Source of the DNA: an uncultured Thiobacillus sp.
GTDB lineage: Bacteria; Pseudomonadota; Gammaproteobacteria; Burkholderiales; Thiobacillaceae
Reading direction: 5' to 3'
Assembly: GCA_964452995.1 (NCBI GenBank)
Contig: CAYVOR010000006.1
Coordinates: 4,395 to 68,394 of the forward strand
Length of the DNA: 64,000 nucleotides
The notes beneath the pieces are model-generated. The model searched no databases, was not told where the DNA came from, and saw only the letters and a list, made by a program, of their open reading frames with translations. Numbering within the stretch: the stretch's first letter is position 1; each line of letters starts with the position of its first letter. The translations under genes and the position numbers were made by a program. This document shows, in pieces, positions 1 to 8,108 of this stretch.

Positions 1-373
1 CCACGACGGGCTGCGACGCCGGGAGCGGCTTCCTGGCGACCAGCACGGGAGGGGGCGGCAGCGGTTTGATGCGTGGCGTGGGCGATCTGGGTTCGGGTGT
101 GGGCTGCGGATCCGGCTCGATCACCTCGGGCTCGATCAGACTCATCATTATTATTCGCTGCGGCGGGGTGACGGGGTCGGGCGTATGCGCGACGAACATC
201 AGCGCGGCCAGCACGCCGGCATGTGCAAACACCACGCCGCCAAGCGACGCGCGCGATAGCCGGGTCGGGTAAGGCAGGGCTGTCGACGCACAACGCGCGG
301 CATCTGGCCGACCGGCGTTCATGGCATAGGGGGCAGTCGGCAAAGCGCGCATCTTCGGAAAATCCGGTTCCAT
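1..373 (-). CDS. tonB: TonB family energy transducer (N-terminal part; runs off the window's left edge)
   Basis: Manual minus-strand translation gives a TM helix SLGGVVFAHAGVLAALMFV followed by a Pro-rich stretch EPEVIEPDPQPTPEPRSPTPRIKPLPPPP. In-frame ATGs at 373, 352 and 322. Upstream Fur box and adjacent hemP support the call. Confidence 0.75.
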   Translation of the reverse strand, partial: MEPDFPKMRALPTAPYAMNAGRPDAARCASTALPYPTRLSRASLGGVVFAHAGVLAALMFVAHTPDPVTPPQRIIMMSLIEPEVIEPDPQPTPEPRSPTPRIKPLPPPPVLVARKPLPASQPVV

Positions 374-470
374 TCAGGGTTTCGCTGAGTGTGGTCACAC
401 TGTGCACGGGTGTTTGGCCACCTAAAACACGTTCAGGCAAATCACGTTACAGCGATGCATCAGTAGTTAC

Positions 471-489
471 GAGAATGATAATAATTCGC
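471..489. promoter_or_regulatory. Fur box upstream of tonB
   Basis: GAGAATGATAATAATTCGC matches the GATAATGATAATCATTATC consensus at 15/19. Confidence 0.8.
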
Positions 490-622
490 AATAAACGAGT
501 CAATCGATAAGTGGTGGCTAATACTTTCCGCTCTGTCAGGTGGTGTTTCGGGTACAGGCTGGCCGGCGTGGATGTGCAGGATGGGCGACCTTAAGGTCAG
601 GCCGGTCGGGCCTGCGAACGCT

Positions 623-841
623 TTACTTGGTAAGGATCAGCTTGTCGTTCTTGGTGATGCGCAGGCGATAGTGCTCGCCCTTGTGGCGGATCATGATTTC
701 CTGGCTGCCCTGGAATAAAACGTCCGCCGGGATGGCATCCGGCGGAAGCGTTCGCGTTCCGGGCTCGACCGGAAGGCGGAAGGAAGATGAAGGGGCATTC
801 GGCATGGCGTGAGGGTCCAGTGCGTCGGATTCGAAGTTCAT
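623..841 (-). CDS. hemP: Hemin uptake protein HemP
   Basis: 72 aa with the HemP C-terminal signature LFQGSQEIMIRHKGEHYRLRITKNDKLILTK. Confidence 0.9.
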   Translation of the reverse strand: MNFESDALDPHAMPNAPSSSFRLPVEPGTRTLPPDAIPADVLFQGSQEIMIRHKGEHYRLRITKNDKLILTK

Positions 842-872
842 TCGGAGAATCTTTAATCTGTGTGATGCAAAT

Positions 873-891
873 AATAACGATTCTCATTATT
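873..891. promoter_or_regulatory. Fur box upstream of hemP
   Basis: Minus strand reads AATAATGAGAATCGTTATT, 15/19 to consensus, about 30 nt before the hemP ATG. Confidence 0.85.
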
Positions 892-929
892 ATGTCAAGC
901 GCTTACAAGAAAAAATTGGCCTGGAAATG

Positions 930-952
930 AAAAAGCCCGCGCGGGCGGGCTT
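930..952 (-). terminator. Rho-independent terminator of the operon ending in the CDF gene
   Basis: Minus strand AAGCCCGC-CCGC-GCGGGCTT followed by TTT. Confidence 0.75.
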
Positions 953-1028
953 GCTGAGTGAGCTTGTGTCATGTGTCGGTGCATCGATGGCTCAACCCCG
1001 TTCCGGCAGATGAAAAAGGCTTGACCGC

Positions 1029-2027
1029 TCAATTGCGCCGGGTTGCCCGGATCCGGGATGCGGCCTTGTCATCGGGTCCGGCGTGAGGCGTCCATTCGCG
1101 CCGCACCAGCGGTTCGGCACTCAGCACTTCGGGTTGCAAGGTGACGTGCTCGATGCCGTGCTGCTTCGCTAGCATGTCGCGCGCGGCGGCCAGAATGGGT
1201 AGCCAGTTTGCAAGATCGCGGATGTCGAGATGCGCGGACAGGGCGACGGTACCGGATGACAGCGTCCATACATGCAGATCGTGCACGCGCTGCACGCCGG
1301 GCAGAGAGGCGAGGTCACGGCCGACGGATTCGAGCTCGATCTGCAGCGGCACGCCTTCCATCAGCACGTGCACCACCTCGCGCAGCAGGCGCAAGGCGGA
1401 GACCAGGATCAGCAGCGCCACCAGCAGGGACAGCAGGGGATCGATCGGCGTCCAGCCGGTGGTGACGATGACGATGCCGGCGCTGATCGCTGCCACCGAG
1501 CCGAGCGCATCGCCCAGCACGTGCAGCATCGCGGCGCGGCTGTTCAGGGTATGTTCGCCGCGGCTCAGGATCCAGGCGACGAGCAGGTTGACGCCGAGAC
1601 CGATGACGGCGACGCCAATGACCGCCTCGCCGGCAATTGGGCGCGGCGAACTGAAACGGTCGATGGCTTCGTGCACGATATAGCCGAGCAGGACCAGCAT
1701 CATCAGGCTGTTGAACAGCGCGGCCAGCACTTCGGCCCGCACCAGGCCGTAGGAATGACGCGTGCTGGGCGGCCGGCGCGCCAGCCAGGCAGCGCCGGCC
1801 GCCAGCCCCAGCGCGGAGGAATCGGTGAACATGTGCGCCGCATCGGACAGCAGCGCGAGCGACCCCGACCACCAGCCGGCCAGCGCCTCGACGGCGGCGA
1901 ACGACAGCGTCAGCAGCAGGGCGAGGATCAGCTTGCCGCTGCTGCCGTCATAGGCCGTGTGGGCATGGGCGTGATGCGCGCCGTGGCCATGTGCATGGGT
2001 GCCGTGGTCGTGACTATGCGCGCCCAC
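1029..2027 (-). CDS. Cation diffusion facilitator (CzcD/ZitB-like Zn/Co/Cd efflux)
   Basis: His-rich N-terminus, SLALLSDAAHMFTD, HVLGDALGS and VHDLHVW motifs. Likely GTG start at 2027 overlapping the nagZ stop. Confidence 0.9.
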   Translation of the reverse strand: MGAHSHDHGTHAHGHGAHHAHAHTAYDGSSGKLILALLLTLSFAAVEALAGWWSGSLALLSDAAHMFTDSSALGLAAGAAWLARRPPSTRHSYGLVRAEVLAALFNSLMMLVLLGYIVHEAIDRFSSPRPIAGEAVIGVAVIGLGVNLLVAWILSRGEHTLNSRAAMLHVLGDALGSVAAISAGIVIVTTGWTPIDPLLSLLVALLILVSALRLLREVVHVLMEGVPLQIELESVGRDLASLPGVQRVHDLHVWTLSSGTVALSAHLDIRDLANWLPILAAARDMLAKQHGIEHVTLQPEVLSAEPLVRREWTPHAGPDDKAASRIRATRRN

Positions 2028-3093
2028 AGTAATCCGTCGGATCGACCTGCAGGTTGAGGTCTGCGCTGTCCTGACCCAGCCCGGCGATATGGTGCAGCGC
2101 ACTGGCGTAGCGTGTCGATTCGCGCAGCTGGGTCAGGGTCGGCGGATGCGGATGGCCGTGCATGCGCGCCAGGCGCGCGCGCGACGGGGCGGGCCAGTCC
2201 ACCTCGAGATGGGCGAGCACCTCGTCAGCCAGGTCAGGTCGATTGCAGACCAGCGCCATGTCGCAGCCGGCTTCGAGCGCCGCCGTCACCCGCTCGACCA
2301 CGCCGCCGGCCACGGCTGCGCCTGCCATGCAGAGGTCGTCGCTGAATACCGCGCCGTCGAATTGCAGCTGTTCCCGTAGCAGCTTCTGCAGCCAGACACG
2401 CGAGAACCCGGCCGGCCGGTCGTCGACTTTCGGGTAGATCACATGTGCCGGCATGATCGCCGTCAGCCCGGCCTCGATCATCAGGCGGAACGGCACCAGG
2501 TCGGCGATGGCGATGTCAGCCAGGGTACGCTTGTCCACCGGAATGTCGACGTGCGAATCCGCCACCACGTAGCCGTGGCCGGGGAAGTGCTTGCCGCAGG
2601 CAGCCATGCCGGCGTCCTTCATCCCCAGCATCACGGACTGGCCCAGATCGAACACTGCACGCGGATCGCCGTGAAACGCGCGGTCGCCGATGACCGAGGA
2701 CGCGCCGTAATCGAGATCGAGCACCGGTGCGAAACTGAAATCGATGCCGTGGGCCCGCAGTTCGCTCGCCAGCACGAAGCCGGTTTCGCGCGCGAGGTGT
2801 TTCGCCTGCTGCGGATGGGCATTCCAGATTTCGCCGAACGTGCGCATCGACGGCAGGCGGGTGAAGCCTTCACGGAAGCGTTGCACCCGCCCGCCTTCCT
2901 GGTCGACGCCGATCAGCAGCGGCGCGGGCTTGAGCGCGTGGATGTCGGCAGTCAGTGCGGCCAGTTGGGCGGGATCGTGGCAGTTGCGGGAAAACAGGAT
3001 TACGCCACCAACGAGCGGGTGGCTCAAACGGCGCCGATCGTCATCGGTGAGTTCGGTGCCTGCCACGTCGAGCATCAAGGGGCCAAGTGTCAT
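2014..3093 (-). CDS. nagZ: Beta-N-acetylhexosaminidase (GH3)
   Basis: MTLGPLMLD start; VDQEGGRVQR, KHFPGHG, DSH and FSDDL motifs. Confidence 0.95.
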   Translation of the reverse strand: MTLGPLMLDVAGTELTDDDRRRLSHPLVGGVILFSRNCHDPAQLAALTADIHALKPAPLLIGVDQEGGRVQRFREGFTRLPSMRTFGEIWNAHPQQAKHLARETGFVLASELRAHGIDFSFAPVLDLDYGASSVIGDRAFHGDPRAVFDLGQSVMLGMKDAGMAACGKHFPGHGYVVADSHVDIPVDKRTLADIAIADLVPFRLMIEAGLTAIMPAHVIYPKVDDRPAGFSRVWLQKLLREQLQFDGAVFSDDLCMAGAAVAGGVVERVTAALEAGCDMALVCNRPDLADEVLAHLEVDWPAPSRARLARMHGHPHPPTLTQLRESTRYASALHHIAGLGQDSADLNLQVDPTDYCGRA

Positions 3094-3115
3094 GTTCGCT
3101 CCTTCATGAATCGGG

Positions 3116-3496
3116 TCACGTTGTCTCAAGAATCACAAAAGCCAGAACGAGATCGCTTTCGTCCGACAAGGACACATGATGAGCGTTTATCCCGCGTGCC
3201 GCCAGCCAGGCCTCGAGTTCGGGCGCGCATTGCAGGAATGGCTTGCCATGCGCATCGCGCAGCACGGCAATGTTGTGCAGCGATACCGGTGCACGCAGGC
3301 CGGTTCCCGCGGCCTTGGCGAACGCTTCCTTGGCGGCGAAGCACTTGGCCAGAAAGCGTGCCGGGTCGCGGCTGGCGCGATAACCTGCCTGTTCGGCCGG
3401 GGCGAGCAGGCGAGCCGCATACTGCGCGCCGAAGCGGACCAGCCCGCTGCGGATACGCTCGGCGTCCAGAAGGTCGGTGCCGATGCCATAGATCAT
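3116..3496 (-). CDS. acpS: Holo-[acyl-carrier-protein] synthase
   Basis: MIYGIGTDL start; FAAKEAFAKA and GKP motifs. Confidence 0.93.
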   Translation of the reverse strand: MIYGIGTDLLDAERIRSGLVRFGAQYAARLLAPAEQAGYRASRDPARFLAKCFAAKEAFAKAAGTGLRAPVSLHNIAVLRDAHGKPFLQCAPELEAWLAARGINAHHVSLSDESDLVLAFVILETT

Positions 3497-4344
3497 GGCG
3501 ACACCTTGACCGGCAAGCCCGCCGTCCGAATGGTGTCGGCAAAGGCTTCGAGCCATGCGGCGGGCAGTGTCGACAGCCGCCTGGCCTGCGGTTGCATCGA
3601 GGGGCGCGCAAGGCCATAGAGCAGCACGCCCTGCACCGGAATGTGTTGCTGCCGGATGCGTGCCACCGCGGCCAGGTAGGCCGCCTGTTCGGCATCCGAG
3701 GGCGGCGCGCCGTCGAGGGCAAACACGCAGGTCTGCAGCCAGGTCGGACACAGGTGCGCGGCCGCGGCCAGGCGTTCGAACTGCTTGTCCGGTGCGATGC
3801 GTGTCTGGTTGACGGCGCGCATGCCGCTGGCGGTCGCGCTGTCGAACTTGAACCAGACTTCGCCGTTCAGCGCGGCCATTTTTCGCAGGCCCTCCTGCAC
3901 ACGTGGCCGGTCTGCCAGACTGCCGTTGGTGATCAGCACCAGCTTGATTTTTCCGGTCAGATCGAAGTCCGCCATCACCCGGCCGATGCATTCGATGACC
4001 TGCGGAAATGCCTTGGCGCTGCTCGGTTCGCCGTTGCCCGACAACGCGATGTCATTCAGGCGCCGGACGCCCTCGGGCACGTGCGTCTGCATGAAATCGC
4101 CGTGGAGAATATCAGCGAGCAAGCTTCGCAGTTCGGTTTCAAGCTGCGCCAGGTCGGTATCCGGCGCCGTGCCGCGCGTCAGGTTCGGTACCTGGCAATA
4201 GACGCAGGCCCAGTTGCACGCGTTGTTGGGGTTGAGATTGATTCCGACCGACACGCCGCCCGCGCGGCGCGAGACCACGGGATAGACATAGGTCATCCCC
4301 GCGTTGTCGCGGTCGTGGTTGAAGGAGGTGAGCTGGGCAGACAC
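3493..4344 (-). CDS. Radical SAM protein (COG0731/TYW1-like, function unknown)
   Basis: SRRAGGVSVGINL..CNWACVYC (CxxxCxxC), SGNGEP and ITNG motifs. GTG start at 4344; TAGAAT -10 at 4374-4379. Confidence 0.85.
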   Translation of the reverse strand: MSAQLTSFNHDRDNAGMTYVYPVVSRRAGGVSVGINLNPNNACNWACVYCQVPNLTRGTAPDTDLAQLETELRSLLADILHGDFMQTHVPEGVRRLNDIALSGNGEPSSAKAFPQVIECIGRVMADFDLTGKIKLVLITNGSLADRPRVQEGLRKMAALNGEVWFKFDSATASGMRAVNQTRIAPDKQFERLAAAAHLCPTWLQTCVFALDGAPPSDAEQAAYLAAVARIRQQHIPVQGVLLYGLARPSMQPQARRLSTLPAAWLEAFADTIRTAGLPVKVSP

Positions 4345-4534
4345 GGTGCAGGCGAAGTAATGTGCGAACGCCCATTCTACTGGAGCGGATGTCGAACCGG
4401 CTGTGCGCAAGGCCCGCGAATCCATGCAGCCGGTGAGTTCGACTTCATTCAGGTCAGCGGATGGCTGGACGAGCCAGCCTACAAATACTCGGACTGACAA
4501 GACGTAGCAGTCAGTCGGCAAGTTGCTTGATGCT

Positions 4535-4624
4535 TGGCGGAAGCGGTGAGATTCGAACTCACGGATGGCTTGCACCATCGCCGGTTTTCAAGACCGGTGC
4601 CTTAAACCGCTCGGCCACGCTTCC
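4535..4624 (-). tRNA. tRNA-Ser (anticodon UGA)
   Basis: Reverse complement GGAAGCGTGGCCGAGCGGTTTAAGGCACCGGTCT-TGA-AAACCGG...GTGAGTTCGAATCTCACCGCTTCCGCCA, with a long variable arm and encoded CCA. TACAAT -10 at 4634-4639. Confidence 0.97.
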
Positions 4625-4807
4625 ACGGCGCGCATTGTAACGGGTTCGCCCGGCCTTGTGCATGACGTACCCCGTCGGCAACGGGTTGACGTGGGTTCAA
4701 CATGAGGTGTCGGTTTTTCATTAGCGTATCCGGGCTGCGCGGCGCGCGGGCCATGCAAAGCCGAACAAAACCAAAGCCTTGACCATGTCGCCGGATGGAC
4801 AATGATT

Positions 4808-4823
4808 TGGCACAGATGGTGCT
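4808..4823 (+). promoter_or_regulatory. Putative sigma54 (-24/-12) promoter
   Basis: TGGCAC-AGATG-GTGCT has the correct GG-N10-GC spacing, 35 nt before the ATG at 4858. Confidence 0.6.
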
Positions 4824-4857
4824 GGTCTGCAGGTGTCAGAAATAAGCCGACGTAGCC

Positions 4858-6384
4858 ATGACCGATTTATTCGAGATGTTGAGTGCGATCACCCGCCGCA
4901 GAAAAGTTGATGCGGCATCGCCGTTCGTTTCTGTCAAGGCGACGGAGAAGTGGCTGAAAAACCTGCATGCGGAGTCGGATTACGATGCGCATCATGCGCT
5001 GGTTGAAGGTCTCGAGCGTTTCAACGCGGAAAATGACTCGGCCACGCTCAACCGTATGAAGGCGCTGCTGAAGCTGGAGGAGGCGGGATTGCCTCTGCAG
5101 TCGCGCATCGTCGAGCAGTATGTGCGCAACCAGGCCACGTTCCGCCTGGCGCGCCAGGCGCTGTGGCGCGAGACATGGGTGTTCTGGTCGATGCTGGCGG
5201 AAGCCTGGCTCTGCATGTTGAAACAGGCCTATCGCAATCCGGACAGTGTCGAGCTCAAACCGTTTGCCGCCGATATAGCTGCCCGTGCGGTGCGCTACGC
5301 CGGGCGCGTCATGCGCTGGGATTACCATCAGGCGCGCAATCCCGTCGGGTCGGCGTGGCGCCGTGTGCACAAGATCTATCGCCTGCTCGAGCGTGACGGG
5401 TTTGCCACCCAGACCGTGCAGATCGATGGGCAGCCCACGCATTGCGCCCGCGAATACACACTGGTTGTGCTGATGGGACTGGTGCATCCGCTGGGTTATC
5501 GTGCGCAGGAAATCGAATCGATCGCCCGATTGCTCGATGGCTATGAACCCATGCCGTTGCCGGCCACCGTGCCGCTGCGCGATGCGCACACCCATATGGT
5601 GGATCTGTCGCTGAGCGAGGGGGCGGCCGTGCTCGAAAGCGAATGGGTGCAGGGCCGCCGCCTGCGTTATTTTGCACTGGGGCCGCTGGTCGATCATCTG
5701 AAGTCGCTCGAAGACGCCGCGACGCAGGATGACAACGCGCTGACCCGCCAGGTTGCGAGCCTGATCGAGCGCGGCGGCATTCGCCGCGGCAGGCAGCGTA
5801 CCAATCGTTTCGGCCGCGTGTGGGTGGCGGCAGGCATGGGTAAGATTCTGGAGGCGCTGGCGCATTCCGATTCGTCCAGGGGTCATGCTGATTCATCCAG
5901 GAACCGCCCTGACCTTGAACCATGGATGCTGCGCGACGAGAGCCCCGAGGGCATGGGCTTTTCCCTGTCCGAGCCAACGGCTTTGCCGCATGGCCGGCTG
6001 GTGGCCGTGAGCTGGGATCCGTCGGAGAACGTCTGGCAATTGCTGGCGATACGCTGGGACCGCGAGGAAGGCGGCCAGCATCTGGTGGGCACCCAGCGCC
6101 TGTCGCGCCATCCCAAACGGGTGGAAGTCTATTTCGATGGAGCGGAGGCGGGCATGACGCGCGATCCGGCCTGGGCCGTGTTCATGCCGATGACCCACAC
6201 CGAGCAGGGGGTGAGCAATCTGCTGCTCCCCCAGACGCATTACCGGCTGGGTGCGGCGCTGATGCTGCGCGACGGCGACGTCGTCTATCGGTTGCGGCTG
6301 GGCGAAGTGCAGGAAGGCCACGAAGGCTGGCTGCGCGTCGGCATGGACGTGGTCGGGCGCGAGCAGTACGTCGCCGCCGCCTGA
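4858..6384 (+). CDS. FimW-like protein with a PilZ-type c-di-GMP motif
   Basis: 508 aa with a helical N-region and a C-terminal RRGRQR (RxxxR) ... DESPEG (DxSxxG) followed by a beta-rich region. Confidence 0.55.
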   Translation: MTDLFEMLSAITRRRKVDAASPFVSVKATEKWLKNLHAESDYDAHHALVEGLERFNAENDSATLNRMKALLKLEEAGLPLQSRIVEQYVRNQATFRLARQALWRETWVFWSMLAEAWLCMLKQAYRNPDSVELKPFAADIAARAVRYAGRVMRWDYHQARNPVGSAWRRVHKIYRLLERDGFATQTVQIDGQPTHCAREYTLVVLMGLVHPLGYRAQEIESIARLLDGYEPMPLPATVPLRDAHTHMVDLSLSEGAAVLESEWVQGRRLRYFALGPLVDHLKSLEDAATQDDNALTRQVASLIERGGIRRGRQRTNRFGRVWVAAGMGKILEALAHSDSSRGHADSSRNRPDLEPWMLRDESPEGMGFSLSEPTALPHGRLVAVSWDPSENVWQLLAIRWDREEGGQHLVGTQRLSRHPKRVEVYFDGAEAGMTRDPAWAVFMPMTHTEQGVSNLLLPQTHYRLGAALMLRDGDVVYRLRLGEVQEGHEGWLRVGMDVVGREQYVAAA

Positions 6385-6396
6385 GCGCCGGACGGA

Positions 6397-6930
6397 TCAG
6401 CGCGTGCGGATGTCGCCGAAATGAAAGTCGAATGAGCCGGCGCGGCGGTCGCTGAAAAACTGCTCCAGCGTTGCGCGCACGGTGCGGAAAGCAATGTCGT
6501 CCCAGGGAATCTCGGTTTCGGAGAAAAGCCGGGTTTCGAGCGATTCGGTGCCGGGCTGAAAGTCGAGATCGAGCAGCCGCGCGCGGAACATGAAATACAC
6601 CTGATTGATGTGCGGCAGGTTATACAAGGTATACAGGCCGCCTACCTCGATGCGTGCCCCGGCTTCTTCCCAGGTCTCGCGTGCCGCGCCTTCGAGCGTG
6701 GTTTCACCGTTTTCCATGAAGCCGGCGGGCAGCGTCCACAGCCCGTAGCGGGGTTCGATGGCGCGTCGGCACAACAGCACCTTGTCTTCCCACTCGGGGA
6801 TGCAGCCGACGACCATCTTCGGGTTCTGGTAATGGATGGTGCCGCATCCGGAGCATATATATCGCGGCATATGGTCGCCGCTGGGCACGCGCAGCACGAC
6901 GGTACTGCCGCATTCGCTGCAAAAGTTCAT
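6397..6930 (-). CDS. NUDIX hydrolase with N-terminal zinc ribbon
   Basis: MNFCSECG..CSGCG; Nudix box PAGFMENGETTLEGAARETWEEAG. Confidence 0.92.
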   Translation of the reverse strand: MNFCSECGSTVVLRVPSGDHMPRYICSGCGTIHYQNPKMVVGCIPEWEDKVLLCRRAIEPRYGLWTLPAGFMENGETTLEGAARETWEEAGARIEVGGLYTLYNLPHINQVYFMFRARLLDLDFQPGTESLETRLFSETEIPWDDIAFRTVRATLEQFFSDRRAGSFDFHFGDIRTR

Positions 6931-7056
6931 CCTGTTTCCAATTCGGTCATTGTGAAGGCACGGTATCAAAATCTCCCCACTTCGATCAAGGATGAAACTG
7001 GAACCCGGCCGCACGAGCGATTATCATTCAATGCCTTACTGCTGTCCCGACTGATC

Positions 7057-8100
7057 ATGCGTCCTTCCCATATCGAAACCATCCTCAATCGAGAATTCGA
7101 AAGCGCCGCCGACGGCCATCACACTCCAGTCATGCTGTGGGGACCGCCCGGCGTCGGAAAATCGCAGATCGTCGCCAAGATCGCCCAGCAGCACGGCGTG
7201 CCGCTGATCGACATCAGGCTGTCGCAAATGGAGCCGACGGATCTGCGCGGCATTCCGTTTCGCAACGGCCAGCTGGTCGAATGGTCGATCCCCTCGGTGC
7301 TGCCGGATGCCGACCGCCATGGCCGGTCAGGCATCCTGTTTCTCGACGAAATCACCTCGGCCCCGCCGTCGGTGTCGGCCGCCGCCTACCAGCTGATTCT
7401 CGACCGCCGCCTCGGCGAATACAAAGTGCCGCACGGCTGGGTGATCTTCGCCGCCGGCAACCGCCAGGGCGACCGCGGCGTGACCTATGCCATGCCGGCG
7501 CCGCTGGCCAACCGCTTCACACACTACGAAGTCGAGGTCCATCTGGACGACTGGGTGGACTGGGCGCATAGCGAGAACATCGATCCGCGGATCATTGCGT
7601 TCCTGCGCTTTCGTCCCGATCTGCTGTTCAGCTTCGATCCCGCGCACACGCCGATCGCCTTCCCCAGCCCGCGTTCGTGGGAATATGCCCACCGCGCGCT
7701 GCAGAAATTCGACCGCACCGAACTGCTGGCCGACGCGCTGATGGCCTGCGTCGGCCAGTCGGCCGGTCTGGAGCTGAAAACCTTCGTCGACAACATGGAG
7801 CAGATGCCCGATCTCGATGCCATCATCGCGGGCGAGGCGGCTGAGGTGCCCGCAGGCATCGATCTGCAGTACGGCGTCGCGGCCGCACTGGTTCGGCGTG
7901 CGCTGCAGGCCGCCGACAGCGGCAACGCGCCGTCGGTGTACGGCAACATCCTCAAGTATGCGCAGTGTTTCCAGCAGCGCGAAATGGGCGTGATGCTGGT
8001 GTCCGACCTGCATCGCGCGGTGGGGCGCCCGCTATTCGCCGTCCCGGCCTTCGCCGAGTGGGCCAACAGCATCACCGACCTGGTTCTGTACGAACACTGA
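7057..8100 (+). CDS. MoxR-like AAA+ ATPase
   Basis: Walker A GPPGVGKS, Walker B ILFLDEI, AAGN, PLANRF and PSPRSW. Confidence 0.9.
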   Translation: MRPSHIETILNREFESAADGHHTPVMLWGPPGVGKSQIVAKIAQQHGVPLIDIRLSQMEPTDLRGIPFRNGQLVEWSIPSVLPDADRHGRSGILFLDEITSAPPSVSAAAYQLILDRRLGEYKVPHGWVIFAAGNRQGDRGVTYAMPAPLANRFTHYEVEVHLDDWVDWAHSENIDPRIIAFLRFRPDLLFSFDPAHTPIAFPSPRSWEYAHRALQKFDRTELLADALMACVGQSAGLELKTFVDNMEQMPDLDAIIAGEAAEVPAGIDLQYGVAAALVRRALQAADSGNAPSVYGNILKYAQCFQQREMGVMLVSDLHRAVGRPLFAVPAFAEWANSITDLVLYEH

Positions 8101-8108
8101 TTACTCAT

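Noticed and set aside
953-1028. Possible sRNA in the CDF 3' UTR
   Set aside because: Only a terminator is evident; no promoter or recognisable RNA family features.
2443-4497. 684-aa plus-strand ORF
   Set aside because: Antisense shadow of nagZ, acpS and the radical SAM gene in high-GC DNA; no recognisable motifs.
4345-4578. N-terminal extension of the radical SAM ORF
   Set aside because: It runs into tRNA-Ser; the GTG at 4344 with an upstream -10 box is the more plausible start.
4535-4624. tRNA-Ser as an island or prophage attachment site
   Set aside because: No integrase nearby, and I saw no duplicated tRNA 3' end in the window.
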